A DNA stretch of 64,000 nucleotides from Podarcis liolepis (Eukaryota): assembly GCA_965112155.1 (NCBI GenBank), contig OZ218102.1; one strand, written 5' to 3'. The position numbers were made by a program, and so were the translations under genes. The notes under the pieces are model-generated. The model was not told the origin of the DNA, ran no database searches, and saw only the letters and a program-made list of their open reading frames with translations. This document shows positions 13,053 through 24,454 of the stretch, in pieces (within the stretch, counting starts at the first letter, position 1; every line of letters starts with the position of its first letter).

Positions 13053-13087
13053 AGTGAGGAGTAGCAACAAACCAACTATGTGCAATC

Positions 13088-13122
<35 letters not shown>

Positions 13123-16100
13123 GCCTTCCCTGGTTGTGTGCCACAGTTGCTCACCAGTGCAACCTTGGTGTACAAGAGAACATTCAGCTCAGTTTTTAAA
13201 AAAAGAATCCAAAGAGCAACAACATTATCCTCCTCCCTACCATTTAGCTTTCAATTTAAAACAGAATTCACCATGAGGGGAGGGAAGCAATGTACTCCCC
13301 TGGTCTATAACCCATCAGGACCTTAGGAGCCGGTCCTTCTCATATACTCCAGTGATGCTGTTTACATTGATGTGTGAATGGATGAAAATTGATTGCTGCA
13401 TGCACGAGCCAAGACCTGAACACCAACAACCTTCTTTGTGCTCCATTCTGAAGCCACTAATTTTGCTGTCAATATCCAGTCTGGGCTCCCTGCTTGAGGG
13501 GAGGAGACAGCAAGATCCCACAGGCACACACCAGAGTGGCCTCTAGTGGTCAAATGTTATCGCTGCATGAAAACGCGGGCTCCTCCAGAGAGGAAGGTTA
13601 GAATGTGTCTAGTCTTTGTTGAACATTTGTCCTGATCAGTTTATGGGGTGGTTATATGACAATGAGCATTTGTCCTGATTTGCTTGTCCATCTTCCTGTG
13701 TCATTTGTTCGTCTCACACTTTTCAGTGCATTTCCCTGTCACTTTCCTAACAGCAAAAAGTTAAATAAATAAATAGTGATATTTGTGCACTATGTGGGCA
13801 GAGTGCAAACCTAAACTTCCAGTAGGCACTTGAATCCCTCATGCAAAATACTGACATCCTGGAGGCAATCTGAGAATTAGCTACTTTGAAAAGTCCACTT
13901 AAAGAACAAGACCCATAAATTAAGGTCACCCCAGAGCCACCTGTGGGCATACACATACAGGATCATATGACATGATAGTGTTACTCCTTAACAACTATTA
14001 AATACCTTGTTGTTCTCACACAGTATGGGTGATTAAATGCAAAAGATTCCCCACTCTTTCCAGGCATACTTAGAAGGGAGTTGGACTGCAAGCACAGATC
14101 CAGGAATAATTCCAGATTAATCAACAGTGCTGTGATCTGTTGTCCCCATGCCAGGTACTGCAAAGGAGATGTGGGTTAGTGGGATCTCATGCTCCAATGA
14201 TTTATTGTTAACATGTTGTTTGCTTGTTTAGCATTAGTGCTTGGGAAGATTAGTACAAGGTGGATAATACAGAACAAGATAAATAAAAAGAACAAGATAG
14301 CAAATAGTCAAAGCAGAGGGGAACAGAGATTTTGCACATAACAAAGCTACAAAACTACAAAGGCAGGAGAACAAAGGCTTAGTGCAATTTATTCAAGGGA
14401 TTAACGAAATTCTAAATATGGCCAGAATGATATTTGGGAAGATACAGAACAAAACAAAAGCACTGCTCTAAAATGCAGCTTCATTACACCCTCTGGTGGC
14501 TAAAGTCTACCTGGACAACCACAAACAAGAGTTCAGCATCCCTTTGTAGCACATCTTGCTAATCCCTGGCTTCAGATCAGATCTTTCCCCTGCCATGTGC
14601 CAGGAATCTTCTCTCCTTCCTCCATCTGGAAACCTCCCTTGCTCAGGTTTCCTAGCAATAACCAAGGCCAAAACCTTCAGAATTACTAAACAGAACTGTT
14701 TCTGTGCTTCAGGCAGATAAAACCTTTTGAGCTTTCTTTCTTTTCTTTTGAAAAAAACAACACAACACTACTTAATGCACTCGGCTGGCATGAAATCTCC
14801 AAAAAAGTAGAAGACTATTAAAAGCATTTATTATTATTTTTTGTAAAGCTGATCATCTTGTTGTGGAACCACCAAACAAATTTTAAACATCAGAATTTAA
14901 ATTATCTCGCTGCCAACCATCATATTGGCTGTCAAACTCAAAATAGTTTTTCATGAAACATGCACATTCAAACACATATGAAGAACAAGATTCTAAAACA
15001 GATTCATTTAGTTAGAACATTTACTACCTAACATTTCTATTAACAATCAGCAGTGCATTTAAGTTCCGACTCACGCATTGATATGCATTGAAAATGTAAC
15101 CCCTTTGCCACAAAAGGAAAATGACTATTGTTCAGTGGTTTACATAGGTTAAAGTGCCGCAAGTGCTTTTGTTGTTTGTGCTGCAATGGACTCACAGGGT
15201 TAACCTTCTGAAAGGATGTTAAAGATTGAGTAATCCACACTGATTCATACAAAACACACCTTCTACCTCAGAGGTAGGGACCCTGTGGCAGTCCAAATGT
15301 TGTTGGACTCCAACTCCCATCAGCCCCAGCTAGCATGGTTAATGGTCAGGGATGATGGGAGTTGTAATCCAGCAACATCTGGAGGACCACGGTTTCCCCA
15401 TCCCTACTTTACCTCATGAATGTCATATGGGAAATGAGACTGGAATGTAAATGATGCAGCAACTTGTCTGGAAGCACCAGAGACAATAAGGGAGAAACTT
15501 CTTCAAGCGAAGTTAAGAGCAATACTTGCCTACAGAGATCAAGAACCTGGAGCAACTATTCAAACATGTGGACTAAAGTCAAGGAAGAGTCCACATTGCT
15601 GGATCCATCAATGTCTACATATGCAATAAAGTACTTCTCTCTTTAATGTATGTGTAATTTTAAATACACACTCCTTGAAACAGTGAAGGCTTTTTGTTTT
15701 TGTTTTAAAAAAAGGGTTTGCTATTAATTTGCCATTACATATGGTTCCATCTTATCTGTGACCAAGGTGTCACTTGTTGTAGCTGCAAAATTAATACTGC
15801 AAATGCAGAAGCATGCAAAATGACGTATTAGCCTGCTAAGGCTTATCATTGCACCGATTCTCCAATCTAATTCACAATTATTATAAATTCATCTTTGATT
15901 TAGCAAGTCATCTTTCCATGCAGGTGAGCAAAAGAACTCTGGGAAGTCAGGAGAGATAACATTAAAAGGATTTACGACCGAGCCTATTCTTGTCTCTGAA
16001 CGCAGCCGAGCCCTAAATTGAATCACCCTTTCCATTCCCCAAATCTGTAGCATATTAATTACAAAACTATGTAGGGAAATGAAGCTTCAAAGGAAGGCCA

Positions 16101-16344
16101 TGGTTTGGTTGGGATTGTGAAGAGTTAAGCATTTAATCTCACAGGGGTGAATTCTCTGTATTTGGCTGTAGAGACCTTCTGTTCCTACCCTCCTTTTCAC
16201 AGATTTTTCTTTTAAAAATGTTTCTTAAAATAATGAGGCCTTCTATGTGCCTGGTAATGAAGCACATGAACTGTCCAGGGTGCTGAAACGGAAAGCTGCT
16301 CAGATCTAAATGCAAGAGCAAAATTCCTTCTAACACCCTGCATT

Positions 16345-17914
16345 ATTTGTAGGGGTTCTGTGGGGTGGATGCTTTTCAGGTAGATGAAGCAGAACTCAGG
16401 GGATGCTGTGCAAGGACATGGGTGGTATGCAAGAAACATCTGGGGACCCACATCTACTCGGGGACCCTCAAGACAATAATAGTCTGGCACCAAATTAGTG
16501 GGAGCTAGTGACACTGACTTGGGACAATATTCCTCACACCACTGTGCTTTCTTAGCCATAAAATGGCCAAGTGGATTTCATCACTCCCACAGCAGACCAC
16601 CATCCATACTTTAGAAACCTGGATGGTGAAATGAAGGACATGCATGTGACAATGCAGCCTAGAGGAAATCAGGAAGTAAGCAGCCTAGAGGAAATTCAGG
16701 AAGAGAAGGGGAAGTCTGGTAAGATCTGAAGTACAGAACAGCATTATGTAGCAGAGGAATCTGGAACGTAGCAGTTAGCATCGCACTACAGACACAAGAG
16801 ATTCAGGCTTTAAATGTAGGATTGGGCACCTCATGGTTGGAGAAACAACTCCTGCGTTCCTTGGTAGATAGCTTAGCAGGGCTTGGAGGTGGCTCAGCCC
16901 AGGCTTGGGATGTTAACAGTCTAGCCTGATAGGCCTGGGTCTGCCTCACTTCTTCCTCCATATGGTTCCCCCCAGGGAGCAGCAATTTTTCATCTGAGGA
17001 GGACTCCTCTAGCAGAGGCATGACAGAAGGCATGAAGGAAAATGATGCAAAAGACCACGAATAATCACACACCCCTCTTCCTGAATAAGGGAGGCTTAAT
17101 TTTCATGCCCAAATTTAAAGCTCAAAAAAATCTGTGCAACCTTAATTTTTAATTGCTTTCACCCTAGCACCCTGCTCAACACTGCTGACATCGCCACACC
17201 ATGTATTTAAGCTAATTCCATGTACATAAATAGATGGTTCACATGCACCATACATTCCCACCACCTTCCCACACACTCCCTCCCACCCTCACATCCCACA
17301 ACTCGAAACTGATGTGAAGCCTAAGTATTTCTTTTTTATAAGGAGTACACATAAGGATCTCATGGCCCACTCTTCTAAAGAATAGATCAAGCAGGTTGAA
17401 GCGTATGTGGGTTACATTTCCTGCTCTTATTTCCAGGTATAGTTTTATAATCTCAGGAGCCAGGTGCTTCTGGAAACCAATCAAAGCATTCTGATAAAAC
17501 TGCAAATTAGAACAAATGGCAGTATATATGTCATCCCAGTGAGAGATGAAGAATGCTAGTTGATCAGCACTTCCAAGGAACTGTCTACACAAGTTGTGTC
17601 TGGTCAGGCAATAGCAAGAGATAGACTGAATACTTCACTTCTGTGGTTTTTCAATGGCTCACACTTTTCAGGCTCCTTTTTGGTTAATACAGGACATACA
17701 TATTCCACTTTTCTCCAGAATTACTTTTTTTTTTTTTTTGCTGAACACAGTTCACATGCCTTTCATGGAAGATGGCCTTATGTTTCAGGGACATCACTCC
17801 CACACTCCCCCATATTAGAAATATAAGACCTGAGAAAATATGACACTTTGCACAGATGGCAATCTCAATAGCTGTGTATGTTCAGTGTGGACAAACATAT
17901 TGTAGACGGTATAG
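16345..17914 (+). repeat. Copy 2 of the duplication, with a ~450-bp insertion at about 16656-17110
   Basis: Aligns to copy 1 on both sides of the extra segment. Confidence 0.9.
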
Positions 17915-18487
17915 AATTCAGAATAAGCTTCTCTCTCCAGTCTTCTTCACAGCCCCTGACCTATTGTGTCCTAGAACCTGGTGTCCAGCCTTAGTCTTCA
18001 TTTGCCTGCAGCTCTCCTGCCTCAGTTCACAAGTCCATGCTGGCTCCCATGTTGCTGGGAACTGGACACAATTCCAGCACTGGCACATTCATCCAAACAA
18101 CAGCAACTAAAACTTAAATAAGCAGCAAAGGCATCAAAATTACATCCACCCACCAACTCTCAGCTGCCTTGAGTTCACAAAATCATGAATTGGGAGAGAC
18201 ATTGGGGGCCATCAAATCTAACCCCATGGTCAATGCATGAATCTTCTGGGTACATCAGGAATGGGGAAGCTTTGGGTGTGGTCAGGCTCCAACACTTATC
18301 AGCTCCAGCTGGTATGGCCAATGGTCGGGGAAGATGGGAGGTGTTGGACTGCAACTCCCATCATCCTTGAATGACAGCATCCATGAGATGCTTCCTTCCT
18401 TCCTCTCTTCCCTCCCTCCCTCCTTCATTTGCTGGCAAATGTTAGAAACAGGACTTAGTGGTTTTATGAGTGGGTAGGGGTTCTTAA

Positions 18488-18840
18488 TGGTGCTGGAGGA
18501 AACTCTTGAGAGTCCCATGGACTGCAAGAAGATCAAACCTATCCATTCTTAAGGAAATCAGCCCTGAGTGCTCACTGGAAGGACAGATCGTGAAGCTGAG
18601 GCTCCAATACTTTGGCCACCTCATGAGAAGAGAAGACTCCCTGGAAAAGACCCTGATGTTGGGAAAGATGGAGGGCACAAGGAGAAAGGGACGACAGAGG
18701 ACAAGATGGTTGGACAGTGTTGTCAAAGCTACCAGCATGAGTTTGACCAAACTGCGGGAGGCAGTGGAAGACAGGAGTGCCTGGCGTGCTCTGGTCCATG
18801 GGGTCACGAAGAGTCAGACATGACTAAACGACTAAACAAA
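18488..18840 (+). mobile_element. Bov-B (RTE) LINE 3' end
   Basis: Translation RVPWTARRSNLSILKEISPECSLEGQI..KLRLQYFGHLMRREDSLEKTLMLGK..WLD is the Bov-B ORF C-terminus. Near-identical flanks ggggttcttaa/gggattcttaa. Confidence 0.95.
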
Positions 18841-20345
18841 GGGATTCTTAAATGGCAATGTATGTTGCTTCACTTCCTGCACACTGTGGTGAGTCCCCCC
18901 TCCTGCTGCATATGTGGGAGGGGGCTACCCATTCTGCTGAGTGAGGCCCTGGACTCCTGCTCTGAAGACCTGCCCTGGCCCCACTGTGTGATGGACTACA
19001 TGTAGTTAGTGGGAGTTACTCCAGAAAGGGGGAAAGGAGAAAAAGCAGCAATAGTGCACTCTTAGGACTGGATTCAAATTTGCAAGAGCATCACACAAAT
19101 CAGGAAATGTGGCTGGGGCACTTTTGTTTGATCCTGCAGAAAGGACTTCAGTCTTGACTTATTGTCCTTATAATGGAAATTGCAATGACCTACTTCACAG
19201 GGATAGAGAGGTAAGTGAGATGACGAGTAGTAAAGCACTTGACATACTGAAGTGCTTCAGAAATTATTTATAACAAATAAGCGACATCACTCTGAATTCA
19301 TTAATAGCAAGTAGCAAATTCACAAATGAATTACCAACAAATGCTTCTGTCAGTATAGAATACTGAGTCCATAAATCTGGGGGTGGAAAGAAGAGATGAG
19401 ACTCTGAAATGTTGTCCAGTTTGCTTTCGCTTTGCTCTTGAGTTTTTAAGTGTCAGCACTTGGCAGGCACCCACCTACCCTCCCTCCCTCCCTCTTTCTC
19501 TCTCTGTTGGTTCCACCCTCTTAATGCATTGGGCCCCACAGCTTGCAGCCTCTTCTTTGCACCTTCTGATGCAGGGAACTTGGATGCACTGAAAGCTACA
19601 TTAAAGTTAGAAGGTATCGATTCTGTATTTCAGGAGTGGGCCAACCTGTGGCCCTCTGGATGTTTCTGGCATACAACTCCCATCATCCCTGATCATTGGG
19701 CCATACTGGCAGAGGGCTGATGGGAACTGGAGTCCAACAATGTCTGGAGGGCCACAGGTTCCCCATCCCTGTTGTATTTCGTGCGACACCTCTGTTGTCT
19801 GAAACACAGCTGCTGCTCCTGCTGAAGAAACCCCACTTCCTACTCCAAATGAGCATGGCAGGCAGGGTCCCTGCCAAGAAGCTGCATCTAAAAGCATTTG
19901 AAATAAATGGCACAGCAGGACTAATTGAAGGCATGGAGGACTTTGCCTGAAAATTACATTCTCAGTACGTTCACACTTAGGGAGATTGCCACTGGATGCT
20001 GAAGTCGGTCTCATTTGACTATAACAGCCAGAGTGTTAGATTGGAACTGGGGAGGCCTAGGCTGAAGTCCCCACTCAGTGTGGGTAGCAGCTATCTCTCA
20101 GCCTCACAGGGTTGTTGTGGAGAACCACATATACTGCCTTGAGCTCCTTGCAGGAAAGGTAAGATAGAAATGTAATGAACAAGGAAATGCGTATCAAGCA
20201 GCTAAGGACTATGGGCACACAGAATACCAGTGTAGAGTCTACAATGCATGGCTATTTGGAGCCCTGTGGTGGAGGAGGTGGGGGGGCAGAAATGCCCAGG
20301 ATTCCCCCATTTGGGCCGTATCCTGGCCCCTGTGCTCACAAGCAC

Positions 20346-20832
20346 ACCTAAGGATGTAAGAAGAGTCCTGCCAAAGGCTCCTGTAGCCCATTTCCTGCTC
20401 TCACACTGGCCAACCAGATGCCCATTATAGGAAACCCAAAAGCAGAACTTGAGTGCAATAGCACTCTCTCCATTTCTGATTCCCAGCAATTCTGATTCCC
20501 TCTAAAAGTGGAGGCAAAGCAGAGGCATCATGGCTAGGAGTCACTGGCTACAAGCCTTCTTCTCCAGGTGCTTGTCTGCTTTTAAAGCCATCCAGGTCGG
20601 TGGCCACGACTACATCTTGTGTGAGCAAACTGCATAGTTTAACTACATGACGTTGTGAAGAAGAACTTTCTTATGTTTGCCTTGAATCTTCTGATGTTGA
20701 GCTTCATTGGATGGTCCTGGAGTTCTGGTATTACAAAAGAGGGAGAAAAAATACTCACTTTCTCCACACCATGTATAATCTTAATACACCTCTTTCGTGT
20801 CCCCTGTACTTTGTCCTTTCTCTAAACTAAAA
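20346..20832 (-). mobile_element. Old CR1 3' fragment
   Basis: Reverse-complement similarity to the 2955-3597 element. Confidence 0.7.
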
Positions 20833-21047
20833 AAAAAAAAAAAAAGGCTGTCCTTCTGGAATGGATTTTCAGCCTCTACAGCAACTGGTACTATCCATTA
20901 TCATAACCAGGGTTGCCATCTTCTTTTTCTTTCAAAAGCACCATCTCCTTCTCAGGTCAGTTTCTCTCTCTCTCTCTCTGCATGTACCTTGCATCCCTCT
21001 CTATGCATGTCCCAGGCACAACTGCCTAGTAGTTCATTGGTCTAGCA

Positions 21048-21371
21048 CATGGGTAGGCAAACTAAGGCCTGGGGGCCAGATCCAGCCCAATCTCCTTCTA
21101 AATCCGGCCTGCGGATGGTCCAGGAAGCAGCGTGTTTTTACATGAGTAGAATGTGCCCTTTTATTTAAAATGCATCTCTGGGTTATTTGTGGGGCCTGCC
21201 TGGTGTTTTTACATGAATAGAATGTGTACTTTTATTTAAAATGCATCTCTGGGTTATTTGTGGGGCATATGAATTAATTCATTTCGCCCCCCCAAAAAAT
21301 ATAGTCCGGCCCCCCACAAGGTCTGAGGGACAGTGGACCAACCCCCTGCTGAAAAAGTTTGCTGACCCCTG
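21048..21371 (+). mobile_element. hAT non-autonomous element
   Basis: CATGGGTAGGCAAACT / AGTTTGCTGACCCCTG termini and a perfect 8-bp TSD GTCTAGCA. Confidence 0.92.
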
Positions 21372-22702
21372 GTCTAGCAGGTACGATTGCAGCCAAAGCC
21401 CATCCCCTCACTCTGTCTGTGGACAGCTCCAAACTAGTCCTTGTCTTCACCTTCACTTTTCTTAATCTGCCGTTTTGTGTATGTGTAAAATCATACTGTG
21501 CAACTGGCAGAAGAACCACCCTGATGAAGCTTCTCAGACAACAACAGAAACAAACTGGTCTGTCAAAAGAACTGAGAACTACAACATGATCCAAAGAATG
21601 GACTGCAAAGTGCCATTCTTTCCTACCCATAACCCCCACCTCCACAAACACTGCTGGCATTACAGAGTGCCAACATGATGGAAAGGAGCACAATATGTCC
21701 TCCAGTCATAAACTGTACGCTAAAGTTCAGCGAAGCTAAGGCAGTGGCATCCATCACATCACACCCACACCAACAACTTCTGGTGCTTATGGAACTCACA
21801 GCACCTAAGACCTATTCTTCCCACTTCAGAACTGGGGAAAGCTAATTTCTCTACTTCTCTATATTGTGAAAATCACTCAGAGTTCAGAATCAAAGGACAA
21901 TTATTCAGGGAGCATCCCATTCAGCAACAGTAACTCCAGAAGTCAACTAGAGCTGAACACACAAAGCATTGATCTCGGAGGCTCAATTCAGAAGCACAAA
22001 GATCATGGTGCTTTCATAATAATTAAGAGCATGTGCAGAGTGCTTTCTCCTACCACCAAGTAACCATAACTAGACACAACACAACTGGGTTTAGATGGGG
22101 GAAAACCCCACCACAGGTTAGAGAATGACATCCTTCTGTGGTTCTCCGAAGTCTCCCTTTAGGAATTTAAGCCCCAAGGCTGTCCATTAGACCACTGGTC
22201 TTCAGCTGGTGAGTTGGGACCCACTATTGGGTTGCAGCCGAATCCAAGGTGGGCCACAACAGGAGCACTACCACCATGCAAATATATGGTAAAAGATTAA
22301 GCAGTAGATCCCCAAATGAATGTTTGGACTAAAAGCGGGTCCTGGGTCTCAAAACGCTGAAGACTACTGCATTAGACCATGTGTTAATTTGGGAACATGG
22401 ATCAGTGCACAGGTATGGGGACCTTATAAGCTGAGGGGAACTGGGTAGCCCACTGCCGACATGTTAAGAGATCAGGGACCCAGGGAAGGAAGAAAAGTGC
22501 AGGTAGAGTAAAGCAATTGCAAAAGAAGAAAATGAGAAGACACTGCGGCTGCAAAGGAGCTGGGAGCCCCTAATCCTTGCTGCCTGCTATGCGGCAAGAA
22601 ACCCCTTTCCTCCCAATTTCCAGCCTTTCCACCTGGGGTTTGCCTTCAGCCCTTCCTTTCCACCAGACACCCTCCACCCCCCCCCCGCAGCCCACAATTT
22701 AC

Positions 22703-22820
22703 CTTCGATGCCACTGAGGATCTTGAAGCACTTGGTCGTGAACCAGTAGGACATGACCAGGAGGATGACGATAAGGGAGGCATACAAGAGGCTGTCACTG
22801 TGTGGCGTTTCCCTCTCCAT
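22703..22820 (-). CDS. KCNIP2: Putative additional KCNIP2 first coding exon with a transmembrane helix (MERETPHSDSLLYASLIVILLVMSYWFTTKCFKILSGIE)
   Basis: Strong Kozak context (gacATGG), GC3-rich codons, 39 codons + 1 nt, GAAG|GTAAAT phase-1 donor. Same strand and phase as the two recognised first exons, with a ~17-aa hydrophobic stretch followed by basic residues. Confidence 0.75.
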
Positions 22821-22982
22821 GTCTCCATGCCAGATGCGTTGCCCCCCCCCTGCTTTCTCTTGGCTCCCCCTGGTCCTCTGCTACATTGGTGCCAGCCTCT
22901 TCCAGGCAGATTCAGAGCCACTCTCGGCCCCGTGCACAAACGAGGCTCCCCAAACCAATTACATTAATTGTTCTCCTTCCAA

Positions 22983-23280
22983 CACATGGCGCCTGTCTAA
23001 AAATAACTGGCTGGCCCGGGGGGAGCCCAGTGGGGTGAGCATTGGAGAAGGGGAAGGTGAACTACTTGGGCAGGATCAGGACCTACTGTGTTGGATCTTC
23101 CTGTGTGAACTCACTACCCCCCACCCCACCCCACAAACAGAGGCCGCCTCTGTCCCACAGCAAGGGTTGCCACCTGGCAGTTTGGGGCTTCTCTCCCCCC
23201 CTCCCCACGGAGCTTTATATATAATGAATGGGAAGATATTAAATTGTGCTTAATTAAACTGCACATTAAATGAATGTGCA
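22983..23280 (-). promoter_or_regulatory. Putative promoter/5' region of the 22820 exon: MEF2 site, E-boxes, TATA box
   Basis: CTAAAAATAA (22997-23006, canonical MEF2 element), CACATG (22983-22988), CACCTG (23171-23176), minus-strand TATATAAA (23221-23214), and TAAT-rich non-repetitive sequence. Confidence 0.5.
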
Positions 23281-24415
23281 GAAGTAGCTGGGTTTCTGCT
23301 TTGCTTTTTGCCTGCTTGAAGAAGCAGTAACTCCCTCCACAGCTCAAATCTCCCCCAAGGTAAGATATGGAGGCCAGGAGTGTCCATCCTCACCTACGGC
23401 AACTTTTTATGGTCTTTCAAATTTAATTCTTACTCACACACACTTCCTTCTTCTCCCTAAGCCAACTGTTTAGAGTAGCAGGGCTCACTGTTCTGAAACC
23501 TTGGTTAGATATCAATACAGAGGTGTTTCGTGCCCCACCCAGGGAGTAAATGGTCGGCAGGGAGCTGCCCTATACTCTCAGACCATTGACTCATCTTGAT
23601 CAGCATTGTCTAGATCAGTCTTCTTCAAATGGGTCCTCAGATGTTGTTGGGCTACAACTCCCATCATCCCTGACCACTGGTTAAGCTGGCTGGGTATGAT
23701 AGGAGATGTAGTCCATCAACATCTGGAAGACACCCCTAGTCTAAATTCACTAGCAGCAGTCCTCCAAGCTTTCTGCCAGGGGTCTACCCCAGCCCTACCT
23801 ACAAACTTTGCTGCAACTCTTCTCCAGGAGGCATGAGATGCCAGTTAAGAAGCACTATGTCTCTGAAGTCTGTATGTGTGCACACATGTGTGCGCGCACG
23901 CATGAGTGTGATCAGTTAAGCTTCACCCACCTCCAGATGCCAAAATAGCTTTGCTCTCAAATTTCAGTAGTGACTGAAGGAAGTGTTTTACTAGCAGTAT
24001 TCATTGCATCAAAGCTGAGAGGCAGCAATCCAGCCTAGTGTTTAAAATGAAGGAAGCAAACTTTCTGGTTAGACAGAACGCTTCCTTAGCTGCAGGTGTT
24101 CTCAGCAACAAACAAACAATAGTTGGCTGATATCAAAGACAGGCATGGGGGAAAGCAATCTCTGTTAAACTAAAGGGGTACCTGGGAGTAACAGTCCAAA
24201 CACTTCATGTCACCACTGGGTAACCCACAGGAATAAACAGTGTCACCTTCTTCCATTTCAGAGAGGGAGAATTTTCCTCCTTCACTCACGAAGTTACTGC
24301 ATTTTTGCAACACAGACAGACCAAGAGGAAACAGGTGTATTTATCCTTAGGGGTCTGCAAGTCTCTCTCTAAACACTAACCAGATATGATTCACCTGAGG
24401 TGCATAAGGACTTAC

Positions 24416-24454
24416 CTTTAACACAACAAAGATAATCCCCCAAATATAAGTACC
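24416..24454 (-). CDS. KCNIP2: Candidate 39-nt cassette microexon (phase 1-1: G-YLYLGDYLCCVK)
   Basis: Acceptor tgctgcatttcag|, consensus donor AAG|GTAAGT, length a multiple of 3, and open in the phase used by the KCNIP first exons. Confidence 0.5.
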
